A program made the translations under genes and the position numbers. 64,000 bases of DNA, from assembly GCA_050273025.1 (NCBI GenBank), contig CP158636.1, forward strand, positions 8,432,001 to 8,496,000, in the 5' to 3' direction. The notes under the pieces were generated by a model, which worked only from the letters and a program-made list of their open reading frames with translations, made no database searches and had not been told where the DNA came from. Numbering within the stretch: the stretch's first letter is position 1; every line of letters begins with the position of its first letter. Origin of the DNA: Cenococcum geophilum (Eukaryota). This document shows positions 39,229 to 52,026 of this stretch, in pieces.

Positions 39229-40726
39229 ATGCCTTCTCACCAGCCTGCTACCGGCATGTCTGCTGTCGACTCTCAGTATCTCTCATCCCAGCCGTCAGCC
39301 ATGGCAAACACCGCAGAGCCGAATCGTAACCCGAAGTATGACCCAAAGAAGCTACACATTGCCGATGCTCCCACGACACGGAAGAATTGGTACAAGCAAG
39401 TTAACTGGCTCAATGTACGATGCCCCATTCACTTCTGCTCAATTCCCACCACTGACAAATTTCTAGCTCTATCTGATTATCGGTATTCCACTCCTGGGTC
39501 TCATCGCCGCTTTCTGGACACCTATGCGAACTCCCACCATTGTCTGGGCTGTCATATATTATTTCTGGACTGGTCTAGGAATCACTGCTGGTTATCATCG
39601 CCTGTGGGCTCACAAGTCCTACTCCGCAACCCTCCCTCTTCAAATCTGGCTCGCGGCTGTTGGTGGTGGAGCTGTTGAAGGATCGATCCGCTGGTGGAGC
39701 CGAGACCACCGCGCCCACCACCGCTACACCGATACAACTAAGGATCCCTACAGCGTTCGCAAGGGTCTTCTCTACTCTCACATTGGCTGGATGGTCATGA
39801 AGCAGAATCCAAAGAGAATCGGCCGTACCGACATCTCCGACTTGAATGACGATCCCGTTGTTGTCTGGCAACACCGTCACTACTTGAAGGTTGTCTTTTT
39901 CATGGGCCTCGTTTTCCCGTCCATGGTCGCTGGTATTGGCTGGAATGACTGGCTGGGTGGCTTCATCTACGCAGGCATCATCAGGATCTTCGTCGTTCAG
40001 CAAGCTACCTTCTGCGTCAACTCCTTGGCTCACTGGCTCGGCGACCAGCCTTTCGACGACCGCAACAGCCCGCGTGATCACCTCATCACGGCTCTGGTCA
40101 CTCTCGGTGAGGGATACCACAACTTCCACCACGAGTTCCCATCAGACTACCGCAACGCCATCGAATGGCACCAGTATGATCCCACCAAGTGGTGCATTGC
40201 TCTCTGGGGCAAGCTGGGTCTGGCCTATGATCTGAAGCAGTTCCGCGCCAACGAAATCGAGAAGGGCCGCGTCCAACAGCAGCAGAAGAAGCTCGACCAG
40301 AAGCGCGCCAAGCTCGACTGGGGTGTACCACTTGAGCAGCTGCCAGTTATTGAGTGGGATGATTATGTTGACCAAGTCAACAACGGCCGTGGTCTCATCG
40401 CAGTTGCCGGTGTCGTTCACGATGTCACTGACTTCATCAAAGAACACCCTGGTGGCAAGGCCATGATCAAGAGCGGTCTTGGCAAGGACGCCACGGCAAT
40501 TTTCAACGGTGGCGTCTACAACCACTCCAATGCCGCACACAATCTTCTCTCCACGATGAGAGTGGGTGTAATCCGTGGTGGATGCGAGGTCGAGATCTGG
40601 AAGCGAGCACAGAGGGAAAACAAGGATGTGCAGTACGTCAAGGATGATGCTGGCAACCGCATAATCAGAGCCGGCAACCAGATCACCAAGGTTGAGCAGC
40701 CAATCGTTAGCGCCAGTGCGGCATAA
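39229..40726 (+). CDS. OLE1: Acyl-CoA delta-9 desaturase with fused cytochrome b5 domain (exons 39229-39414, 39467-40726)
   Basis: His boxes HRLWAH, HRAHH and HNFHH; b5 heme motif EHPGG; intron GTACGA...CTGAC...TAG keeps frame. Confidence 0.97.
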
Positions 40727-41401
40727 GTTTTCGTTTTCCTTTGTTTAATCCAATCGCTGTCGCGAGTACGTTGTGGGCGTTACTGTTTTGGGGGCGTTTA
40801 GGACGGGCATAGTATTTGGATGGGAGCGATCGATTTCTTTTCGTACAATCAATATGGAGACCCGCTTTTGGAGTCTTCCATGTCAATATCAGAGGGCGGC
40901 CAGGGCTTTGCTTCCTATTAGTGGAAGCTTGTATGCTATGAGAGCAAAAATTGGCGTTATTACTGCTCTTTTAGGAGTCGCTCCTAATAAAACGAAATTC
41001 ACATCAAGAATCAGATGGACCGTGACAATTGTGTGGCTTGCATGCAAATCATGGTACAAGTCTGAGACGTTTCCACATGTGACCATAAAAGATCCTAAAG
41101 CTTGTCGAATAGGTGGACAAGTTAAGCCTTTGAGATAGATATTTCTCATGCAACTAGCTAAACTACTAGATATCTGCTTTGTCAACAACGATTTCCCAGT
41201 CGTCTTCCTTAGCGTTGCCTGTTTCCAGCGCCACAATTTCTAAAAACGGCCTCGCTTGACAACGAACTTCACGCGTCTCTCGTCTCTGGCCAACTTCGCG
41301 TAATGGAAGTATATAATGCTTCCTTTTCGACCGACTAGCTCTACTTTAAAAGTGCTTCTTCTCCTTTCTTCACGTCTCTATCAAGTTCGATTCTCTCGGT
41401 C

Positions 41402-43569
41402 ATGGATTCTGAAGACTCTCTTCAAGACGGTCCTGTTGCTAAACGACCAAGACTGGATCTTAATCGTGACTCAAAAACGGCTTCCAAATCAAAGCATACT
41501 GTTCCTACTTATACAAGGTCACCTCTAAAATCCTTGGATCGTGCAATCAGTCCCCCGGCCGGAAAACCAGCAAATTCTACTTCTTCAGCCCCACTCGCAA
41601 GCTGTACTATTACAGAGTACAAGAGCGAGAACAAGAAAAGAGGTTGCAAGATACTACCTTCGCCAATCCAACTCACGCGCATACGTGATCTACCGGCTGA
41701 TCATAATGTCGATACGCTTGAGTTAAAAGATATCCTTGGTGACCCTATGATTAAGGAGTGCTGGCAGTTCAATTATCTCTTCGACCTTAATTTTCTCATG
41801 TCAGTCATTATTAAGCACTTAATCAATTTCAATAAATCACAATCACTAAACTCATAGGGCATCCAGGGGCGCATTAGATGAAGATGTACGCGGCATAGCC
41901 CAAGTCAAAGTAATCCACGGCTCCTGGAAAAAAGAGGACACGCGCCGTCTCAGACTAGAGGTACTCTCTAATTCTAACCATATCTCAACCTCCTAACCGC
42001 CATTTCACCCAGGAATCCTCCAAACGTTACCCCAATATCCAGCTTATCACTGCCCACATGCCCGAACCCTTCGGCACGCACCACTGTAAAATGATGATCC
42101 TGATCCGCCACGACGACGCCGCCCAGATAGTTATCCACACCGCCAACATGATCCCGCAGGACTGGGCCAACCTAACCCAGGCCGTCTGGCGCTCGCCGCT
42201 GCTCCCGCTCCTGGCCCCATCCTCAATATCGGCATCGGCATCGGCACCAGCACCCTCCTTTTCCAAACCCCAACCCATCGGCTCCGGCCCCCGCTTCAAA
42301 TCCGACCTCCTCCGCTACCTCTCCGCCTACGGCTCCCGCCTCCGCGCCCTGACGTCCCAGCTGCAGCACTACGACTTCTCGCCCGTCCGCGCCGCCTTCC
42401 TGGCATCCGTGCCCTCGCGCGTGCGGCTCGCGGCGGCGGACCCTGGAAGATACACGGCGTGGGGCTGGCCCGGCTTGCGCGAGATCTTGGACTGCGTGCC
42501 TGTTGCGCCGCAGAATGAACCTGCCAGTGTCGTCATGCAGGTCTCGTCGATCGCGACGCTGGGGACGACGGATAGGTGGCTTGGCTTCTTTCGGTCTGTT
42601 TTGGCACGCCACGCGCCTAGCTCTGGCTCCGCGAACGGCGCCAACATTGGGGAGGACGCAGAGCGATCTAGTGGGGGAGCCGGGATCGGGAGCGGGAGCA
42701 GGGATTCAAAGGAGAAGGTGAGTGCGAGTGCAAGTGCGAAGGGGACTGCAAAAGGGACTGCGCACGCAAAGACAACCAAAACCGCAACCGCAACCGTAAC
42801 CCCACCCCCACCTCCAGCCCTCCACCTCATCTTCCCCACCGCCCACGAGATCCGCCACTCGCTAGACGGCTACGCATCCGGCGCCTCCATCCACCTAAAA
42901 CTGCACTCCGTCGCCCACCAAGCCCAGCTCCGCTACCTGCGCCCGCTCCTCTGCCGCTGGTCCTCCGCCGCCCCTTCCTCAGCCAAACCCCCCTCCCTCC
43001 ATCCCGAGGCCGAACCCCCTAACCCTCCCTCCATCTCCAGCCCCGCCGCCCCAGCCCCCTCGCGAGCCCTCCGCGGCGCGGCAGCCCCCCACATCAAAAC
43101 CTACGTCCGCTTCTCCTCCGCCGCGGCGACCTCGATCGACTGGGCGCTAACGTCGAGCGCGAACCTCTCGACGCAGGCGTGGGGCGCGCTGGAGGGCGTC
43201 GATGGCGTCGTCAGGGTGTGCAGCTGGGAAGTCGGGGTGCTGGTGTGGCCGGCGCTGTTTGCGGACCGGGGTGCTGGCGAGGGGGAGGTGGGGATGGTGC
43301 CGGTTTTTGGGGGGGATTGGCCTGGGGCCGAGGGAGGGGGGAGGGCTGGGGGTGGGGTGGATATGGATGGCGATGGGGATGAGGCGGTGGGAGCGGCTGA
43401 GGGAGGGGGAGGTGGTGGTAGGATGGCTGGTTCGGGGCGGTTCGACACGCTGGTTGGGTTGCGCTTGCCATATGACCTCCCGCTCACGCCGTATGCGAGG
43501 GATGATGTGCCGTGGTGCGCGACCGCGGTGCATGAGGAGCCGGATTGGAGGGGGGGAGTGTGGAGGTGA
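41402..43569 (+). CDS. TDP1: Tyrosyl-DNA phosphodiesterase 1 (exons 41402-41799, 41867-41960, 42013-43569)
   Basis: WQFNYLFD, FGTHHCKMM...HTAN (HKN1), PHIKTY...SANLS.QAWG (HKN2), SWEVGV, LPYDLPL.PY; introns splice in frame. Confidence 0.95.
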
Positions 43570-43942
43570 GGGGTCTGCGTCTGGTCTGGCATGCGCTTGT
43601 GGAGGGCTGTGTCATGCTTGCTACTTCGGTAGGATAAGTGGGACAAGAGCGAAGGATGGAAGGATGAGCTGGCAGGTAGGAGAAGGAAAGGGCTGATGAG
43701 CTCTCAATATGCAGAGTGTACGACTTAAACAAGAAGACGCACCACATGCATTTCACAAAAAAAGTTTGAGAAGAAAATCAGCGTGTGAAGCTGCCTAATA
43801 TCTTCAGTTACGGAGTCATGTACAACCCAGTCCACCTTTCCTCGATCTTCCAGTCTAGCCCAACTCAATCAAGCCATCTCATCTTAGCCAGTATACAGTT
43901 AGCCCACCCTACCCAGCTTGCAACTTCTCACACACGGCTCCA

Positions 43943-44546
43943 CTATATCTTGAGGTTCTCGGGGCAGTCGGCCTTCAGTCCGTACTTGCCCACCATCTCG
44001 GCGACAGCGGCGATGTACTGCTTCTCGGCGTCTTCGGGCGAGATATCCTCGTCAACAAACTTCTGCCAGCGCTTGCGCTTCGCTTTGGCCTATAGCACCC
44101 ACATCATATGGTCAGTTGAGGGTTTCGGGATGGGTAGAGAGCTTGGGTGTAGGAGAGGCTGCGGCACAGCACCAAGGGGGGGCAAGAGGGGCTGGAATGG
44201 GAGCGTCGACGGCAGATAGGAGGGGGCTAATGTCAGGTATAATGGGAGAGCTAGAGGGCACAACGCACTGTCAGGTCGAAGATGCCCGGCGTGGACGCCG
44301 TCTTAATGTCCTCTTCTTGCTTCGCGATCTTGGCGTAGGCGTAGAGCTGCAGGCGCGGTGGTCACGTCAGTTTCAAGATTTACAAGAGAAACGAAGCCCT
44401 CTTTGGGGACATGTGGCATGTTTATGATGCAAGGTTGGAATGAGGAACGCGGCACTCACGTTGAGCCTCTCTTCATTATTGGCGCCGTCTATGTGCCAAG
44501 CGCGTTCGTAGGCGGCAGTAAACTCGGGTGATACTGTTCTCGTCAT
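43943..44546 (-). CDS. ACB1: Acyl-CoA-binding protein, ~103 aa (exons 44546-44460, 44346-44269, 44089-43943)
   Basis: Spliced translation MTRTVSPEFTAAYERAWHIDGANNEERLN|LYAYAKIAKQEEDIKTASTPGIFDLT|AKAKRKRWQKFVDEDISPEDAEKQYIAAVAEMVGKYG.. carries ACBP motifs LY...K.A, PG.FD...KAK...W, A...YI..V. Confidence 0.88.
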
Positions 44547-45004
44547 AATCGATAATACCTCGGGTTTTGAATATGTAGTTCAAGCCAGTACACGCGTTCT
44601 GAAAGGCACGGTTTTACTATGGTATAGGTGTCGTTGGGATTTATGGCGGGGTTCAGATCGGAGGAAAGCGGGGCACAGCAAGCAGGGCTTGAAAGTTGGA
44701 AGGCGGTGACGCAAGTTAACCTGTTCCCTAACCCCCTTTAAATTTTTACCTGGAAACTTTCGTTGGTGTAGTCGTTACCACGTGATATCTTTATACAGGT
44801 AATAAATATGGGTATATGGTAGAACGAGACTGAAGAGGACAAAGCCCAAAGCAACAAAAAACTCCTGTCATCCTTGCACCTATTCTTTGAGGGAAAAAAT
44901 TACACGTAGCTGACAGTCTCAAGGACCCAAAATACATTCTAAATTCGAGGTGTGGTCCATATGGTGGTGGACTGAATATTAAGATATAATCGGCCAAAAA
45001 CGAA

Positions 45005-47542
45005 TTAAATGATATAAGAAAGAGCAGAGCCAACAGAGCGAGCCAACGGTTTAATCATATTCAACGCTGACCCAGACTTGATGTCTGGAGGCGGCGCAAC
45101 AACGTCGGGAGCTCCTGCAAAGTCTTGAGATGCATTCAGACAATCATAGCAGTTACATCCGAAGTCTTCCCTAGTGGCTCTATAATCTTCGTCTCCGGGA
45201 AGTCGAAAGAGATCGGAAAAGCCCATTAAAAGCCAGTCGTCGACAATACCGGTAGAGTCGATGCCGGCTTCTTTCAAGGCATCAACCCAGATGTGAAGTA
45301 GACCTGCTTCTGCAGCAAGACAAGTTGGGCTTCGAGACCCTCTCCCTGTTTGGTTCCAGGGCAAATTACAAGAGCAGCGCATGTGGGCATCTTCTCCGTT
45401 TTGCAATAAAAGTACGAGTGTGCGTCGTAGATGGTTATCGATGAGATTTCGCCATAGCACGTCGTATGTCCAGTAACGAACGTCCCAAAGGGAGAGGAAC
45501 AGCAGATGGCTAGGTGCGTCTTGACAGAAACAGGTATCCTGGTTGAGGGACAACGTTCGACGGTTCTTTATAGCGAATACCCGGCTCTTAACACCTCTTG
45601 AACATAGAGACTTTAGCGCTTCGAACCTGAAATTATGTCGCCTTTGGAAATCTTCCTCGTCGGAATTCGCCCAACACTTGCTCATTACGCATACAATCTC
45701 CTTAAAAATTAGATCCGGGTATTCGTAAGCAAGCTCATCAAGGCCAGACCAGAATTCATGCAAAAAGTAGTTTATCCCGAGCGGCAATATGTAATTACCA
45801 CTACCCGAAGTCTTCCACAGTTCCAGTAAATTTCGGGGGTCTTGGAAAGGGCCACTCTGAGCTCCACGCAAAAACAGCTTTCCAAGAGCGTCAATTTTAT
45901 TGAAAGCCTGCAACTCCATCTCGGATTTGCCACAAATATAATCACTAGAGTTGCTTTGACATTGCTGAAGGACCTTGGGCATCAGACCGGACGGATCTGC
46001 ACCTAGATCTATCAAATACTGAATCATTTCGAGATTCTCATCTGTAATATTGCTGTCGAAATCTGATGAGTAGTCGAGGAGTCCGCGTCCATTTGGATCA
46101 ACATCAAGCGGCGTGATTTCCCCTGCCTCAATAAGTTGTCGAAGCCCTTTCCAGTCTCCCTTAATAGCTCTTCGGAAGCCTAAAGAGTCGAATGGAACAG
46201 TGTGAAAATAGCGGAAGTTGAGACTTCGAGAAACATTGCAGTCGTTGAGATTAGGTACTGATTCATAAGAAGCCCGGAATGCTTTGAGACGGAAACAAGA
46301 GAAAGGGAAAAATGTCAGCGTTCTTCGGCATTCCGTAAAGGATTTCTCCCCAGCATCTCGTCTTGAAGAAATTGTGCATGTGATTTGTGTGACGGCCGTA
46401 GTAGCCTGTAAAATTCCAGCAACTGTCGGAATTCGGTAGCTAGACGTTTCAGTTTTTCTAGTAGTAGGAGAATAGATGGTTTGGGGCTTTCGACGAGGGC
46501 TGAGCTCCGTTCCAGCAACACCTTCAGAGTTGCTACTAGTCCACCCTTGGGAAGAATTTTGATAATCGGTTGAAGAGGTTATGTGTTTCTGCCCCTGCAG
46601 CACAATGGTTTTTTCATTATTTAACTCTTGCCCACTATCGGAAAGGCGGAGCCGAAAACCCCTCGAAATGCAACCGGTCTGGGCCTGTTGATGTGGTAAC
46701 AAGGCCTTCAGTTCAGAGTGACTAAGGCAAGAAAGAAGAAAGTTGTTCATTTGGTGGTCCAGCTCGGATTGTATTGTTGTGCAAATTGTGGACGTTAGCC
46801 CCTCGATGGACTGGTGAACGGTTTCTAGACCCTCTTTGATTTCCGTAACCCCTCCTTCGATGCGAGAAGTGGCGGCTAAGGTATTTTCCGTCGTCTCGGA
46901 GTAGATAGATAAGCCTGTGTGTATCCTATTCAAGGATTCACGGACGTGATCCGCGTGCTCGCCTTGGCTATCTCGTATATACCTATGGAAATCAGAACTA
47001 ACATGATCGTTCTGATTACGCAATCCGAACATTCAAGAAAAAACATGAGGGCTAGAAGAATAACGAAACAAAACGTACTCGAGGATATCTCCTTGAAATC
47101 CAGAAACAGCCAGCTAGTATACCTTGATCGCCAAATCCAAGGAAGTTTTCGCGGTCTCTAGTTCCGAAACGCGTTTCTGGAAATGTGCTTTATTTGAGCC
47201 AGCAAGAAACTGCTTCCACCTCCTTTTTGTTGCACCCTCGATGCTGCTAAAGTCATTTCGTTCAATGAGCTTCCTCAATGAAACTATCTGACTCCAACAC
47301 TGTTCGACAGCTTCGGTAATACATTTCTTAGCTTGTGGGCTAACTTTAACAGGCTGCTCTTTTGAGAGAATCGTTAATGTGTCTTCTAGAACTTGGAGCT
47401 TTGTCTTTAGATTTATTATCAGCCGTGGGGCGTCGCGAAAGTCGTCGATGACGCTGAGGATGAAAGCGATGCCTTGCGCAGCCTGCCCAGCAAGGCCAAT
47501 AAACGACGCAGCTGTGCTAGTAGCACTAAGTGGATCGACCAT
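45005..47542 (-). CDS. Protein with HeLo-like/SesA-type fungal N-terminal domain and ankyrin-like central region (~808 aa; exons 47542-47123, 47011-45005)
   Basis: MVDPLS..S.AAS.IGL...A.Q.I..I...IDDF.DAP..I..L...L..L N-terminus; G....LRQLIEAGEITPLDVDPNGRGLLDY and LIDLGADP ankyrin-like segments. The joining intron has a weaker GTATAC donor. Confidence 0.75.
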
Positions 47543-48984
47543 AGAGAGGACTTGGAAAAGGGATTTAGAAAGGCCCGAAAAAGAAAGAGCTACCTGAACT
47601 GAAAACAAAAGAAGTCGGGGTATATAGACATTACAATATGCGTTCATCCTCGGTGCGGTGCAGCACGAAATGCAGGGTTACAGGAGCAAAACTATACAGG
47701 CAAGCTACCCTGAGACACAGCTGTTTCGACTAGGCGCCGTGGCTGTATTTTTGGTTTTGTTATGTACATAGCCGATGATCGCCGGAAGCAAATAGCCAAG
47801 CACAGCCACCTTATCCTGGCCTGGGGATTTGTTCCAACGGGCCGGGCCATGATCTAGGCTGCTGCCGCGAAAGAATATGCGCTGAGTTGGCGTACTTTGA
47901 AGCAAGACTGACAAAATCTTATGGATGGGGATCGATCATATTGAAACTGTGCTCGAGCGTTGGGCGACAAGCAGGGCGCCTGGAGTTGCCTCGTAATCGC
48001 TTGTGCCACATATTTGGAGACAGTTGTCGGGTAAATTTCCGTTAGATCTTCTGAGGATATTAGTGCCGTAGTTTTTCTCCCTGGAGATGATTGAGGCCTC
48101 AGCCACGTCTTTCCCGTTGGAAGTCATGAGATTGTTCTTGTTTTCGAGTTTCTTAGGGCCTGATGACTCTGGAGTAAGTACTCGATAACCAGAATTACCA
48201 TCACGATGGCCTTTTCAAGGGGACAGTGAGGGGAGTCTTTCAACCTTTGGATAAACAAACATTCTGTAAGAAGCTATTTCCATTCTAGGCATAGCCAAAG
48301 CATTCTGAAGCTTAAGGGCCGTTCGGTTGCAAATCGCCTCTTGATCAGAATCTTCTTGATTAGTGCACCTTTTAGTGTTAAGTAGTTTATAATTAGTGGC
48401 GTCTACTACTATAGCTTAGTTGAATCTATAATTGAGTTAATTATTTAATAAGGCTTTAGATAAGGCTCTTAGAATTTAATATCGCACGATAAATAAATAA
48501 TTTTAGTAAGCAGCCTAAATAACCCAAGTAATTACCTCTGCTACCACTTCTATCGCAATTTTACCATATAGTGTAATAGGTTATACCCCAGGAATAGTAC
48601 TTAGCAGCTAGCCTACCAACGTTTACGTAATCTGACTAGCGTATAACATACGTATAACCGAGGGGTCTTAGCAGGAGAGGAATACCTACACGGCTTTAGA
48701 GAATTCCAAACTCTTCTTTCCTTAACAAATTCTTCTTATACGATGGTTATATCAGTCCAAGCCTAATTTATTCACAGTAACCCTTATATATAGTATAGTA
48801 ATAGAGTCTTTTACTCCTTTAGATCCTTAATTAATGTTGTGTATATATAGCGTCTCTTTAATTCCGGTGGTTAGCGCTTACGATTAAGCCACCAACTAAC
48901 CCGAATTCAGTGCATCCGTCTTAGCAGCTAAATATCAAAAAGAGACTGCCGAACAACCTTACCTAATAGTCAATTTGAAGCTTT

Positions 48985-49430
48985 TCGACGCCTCTTATCT
49001 GGCCGTCTATTAGGGGTAGTATACTATAGAGAGCTTTAGCCTAATACCTAGGATATAAGTAAACTCGTTCTAGAAGGCTAATATAAACTGCGGCCTATAA
49101 TTGGATATAATAGTATTTAGTGGTCCGTAAATTTAGTAAATATAGTAGATATACAGTTAGGCCATATTTTTAGCATTAATATTCTTATAACAGAGAATTA
49201 AGAATAGGCGCTTATTAAAGCGGTTAACTAGAATTATAACTATATTATATTCGTTATGGTCTATAGGTAGTTTATAAAAATCTATAAAGATATACCACTA
49301 AGGGCGGTCGGGTATTAGGAGGGGTTTTAATAGTCCTAGGGTCCTATCTTATAGAATTATAAACCTACAGCAGTTATTATAGTTCTGTATATAACGGTTA
49401 ATATCTATAACTATTTTAGGCTAGTAGTAT
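48985..49430 (-). mobile_element. RIP-degraded Gypsy integrase fragment
   Basis: De-RIPped minus strand: GLLKPL.IPDRPW..ISMDF..LP and YGPP.TIVSDRGPQF.SAFW.EF...LGI.LKLST.YHPQTDGQ. Confidence 0.8.
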
Positions 49431-49582
49431 TATTTACTAATAATCTTACTGGTCTTATTTTTTCTAGAATAGACCGTTTAGACCTAGGTATGTACTTTAG
49501 TAATAAGCCAAGTCCGTAAGTTCTATTCTTTTACTACTACTAGCTATTCGCGGTGCTTAAGCAGTCTATTTTTAAGGGACTA

Positions 49583-49862
49583 TCCCATACGCGGCTGAGG
49601 CGCAATAAGAAGGCCCGTGCATAGACTTGAAATTCAACCTTGTACTAATAAATTAAAGCCCAATATTAACTCTATCGTGGCTTAATTCGATTGAGGTGCT
49701 TCTACTAGCAAGGCTTATGTTTGCAGAGCGGTATTTTATAAAGAGGACAGCCATACTAAGTCCTTAGAGGTCGTCGTCGTCTTGCCCACTTGCGATCGCG
49801 AGACTTTTGGTGTTCGCACACGGGCCACTTTTTTATTGCGCCTTTCTCAGCCGCGTATGGGA
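49583..49862. mobile_element. MITE (280 bp), Tc1/mariner-type
   Basis: 17-bp perfect TIR TCCCATACGCGGCTGAG, extendable to ~40 bp with indels; TA on both sides. Confidence 0.88.
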
Positions 49863-50749
49863 TAGGCTAGTAACGTCCTTTATCTTTTTACAGTACTCCT
49901 ATAAAAAAAAGGGCTATACAGTTTGCCCATAATAGTTTATTAATAAGGTTAAGTTCTATAAAGTTAATAGAATATATTTTAGCGTCTAAAGAGTTTATAT
50001 TATTTAGTTCTGCCTATATTTAGGGGTTAAGGTACTCTAGTTATAGTAGCGTCTACGTTAGGAAAACGGGAGAGTAGTAAGGGCTAGCCTAGGGCTAGTC
50101 CTAGGCCATTTTAGCTAAATCCGCTAATTTGCTTATATATACTTCTCTACACTAGCCTAGGGCCCTATTAGCAATATTAGTAATATTAGCAATATTCGCA
50201 ATATTATTTTTAAAGATTATAATATATATCCTTGCTATAATAGTTATAACATTTCCTATAACTATAATATTTATAAAAATAATAATATAATTTAGGTATT
50301 AAGCAATTAATTAAAATAAGCGGGAAGTATTAGGCTATAGAGACGCACTTGCCGTAACTAGCTTAGCGCAGGCAAGGCATAGGCAAGGCGCCTATAAAAC
50401 GTAGTTACCCCGTACTAGAGAACAGCAGAATTTAGTTTTATAGTTTTACTTTATTAAGAACCAGATACCTATTGCATTCCACTACTATTATTACGTTGCT
50501 ATATACCCTTAGGGCCTTGGCGTCCTAATAGTTCTAAATTCTCCTCCCTTTTTAAGGGTAGCGGCCTAGCAATATAGTGGTCTATAAGGCCATAATTACA
50601 TAGCGGCAGTCCTCCGTCAAGAAGACGACCTATATTTATTAACTATATTATAGCCTATTAACCTAATAGCGAGACGCGGGTGTAACGCTAGTATAGTACG
50701 TAGTATTAAGTCTAGGGATTGGCCCTAGAATAATGCGAGTAAACTTATA

Positions 50750-51817
50750 TCCTAAATAGAACTAAAAGCTATAGGTAAGAACACTATATAGGAAAAAATA
50801 CAACGGCTAAGGAATAAGAAGCTATAACTCCTAGAGTAAGGAAAACTATAGTTGCTTAGGAAAGAGGTGGAAATACTAAGACGGCGTTAATATAGTAAGG
50901 TAATATTAACTTCTACTCCTAACCTAGATCTACCACCTTAGAGTATCCTATTAGAGTACTTAAATAGTAGCTTAATATATCTAAACCTTAAGAAAAAGGC
51001 TATTAATATAATAGGCGCTCTATTAAAACGAGCCGTTAAAATAAAGAAGATTTCTCTATATAATGGTAAAACTATTTAAAAGCGCTAAGACTTCCGTAAT
51101 AGCTTAAAGCTAATATTCCGCCTAAAACCCAACGCCTCCGCGAATAAAGATACTAGAGTTGTGTTTACTATATAATATATAAAGGGGATTAATAGAACCC
51201 TTTGGCTATAATATAAAGATAACTATTTAGATATATAGTTTACCTAAAAAGATCTTATAAAATTCCTACTTAATTAGATTAAGAGTCCTATTAATTAAGA
51301 ACTCTATATAGCCTTAATTTATATAAGGGCAATATAGCAAACCGATTAACCTATAAATAAGTTTACTACTTACCTAACCTCCTTAAAAGTATAAATGAAC
51401 CCTTCTTATAATATAAAGCATTTAGTAATACATCTATTTATAAAGCTATAGTTAGAACTACAGCTTACAGTTACTAACTATTAAGAATTTTTATAAACTT
51501 AAAATTAGCTAGTTTCTCTAGCTGCCCTATTAAAGAAAAACTAGAAGAGCGTAAGCGCCCTATAAGCTAGGAGTAACAGGCACGCTATAACCTTAATATA
51601 AAAACTACCCTATTAGGTAACTTAGGGAAAGTAAACTCTAAAACCACCGCTAGCGACTTAATAGTAGGGCGAAGTAATACCGCTAGGGGTTTAACCTAAG
51701 GGGAATTGTAAAAATTGTAGCAAGCTAGGATATTAGTGGTAATAGTACCTAGAGTAGTAATAGTAACAGCTGCCACCTAATAGTATAAACGTTATCTCTA
51801 CGCTAGGAAAAGGTAAG
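50750..51817 (+). mobile_element. RIP-degraded retrotransposon gag-like remnant
   Basis: Heavily TpA-mutated frame with gag-like pattern (Y.GK......DF...L.L.FRL.P); boundaries approximate. Confidence 0.4.
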
Positions 51818-52012
51818 TGTAAGGGATATTATTATAGTCACCTCGGGTTGCCTTTAGGATAACCCCCAAACACCCCTTAGATAGTTGCCAGTTATATACT
51901 AAAAGCACGTGCCTGTAGTATATAGTCTCCACAATCCCAAAGGCCTTACCTCCTTAAGGATTTGTCTTCTTTATAATCGTGTCCTTATAGCCCCCTATTT
52001 ATAAAGTCCCCT
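51818..52012 (+). repeat. Third, 3'-truncated copy of the Gypsy family A LTR
   Basis: Colinear with 4409-4620. Confidence 0.85.
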
Positions 52013-52026
52013 AGGCCATAAGTTTT

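Noticed and set aside
34499..44427. Antisense and alternative-frame ORFs overlapping the permease, OLE1, TDP1 and ACBP
   Set aside because: Shadow ORFs from high GC3 codon usage of the real genes.
26300..48300. Gene island as Starship or other giant-transposon cargo
   Set aside because: No tyrosine-recombinase captain gene or element boundaries seen; the core genes are ordinary housekeeping genes.
47936..48350. Possible gene remnant at the right island edge
   Set aside because: In-frame stop upstream and no recognisable motif; cannot be told from non-coding DNA.
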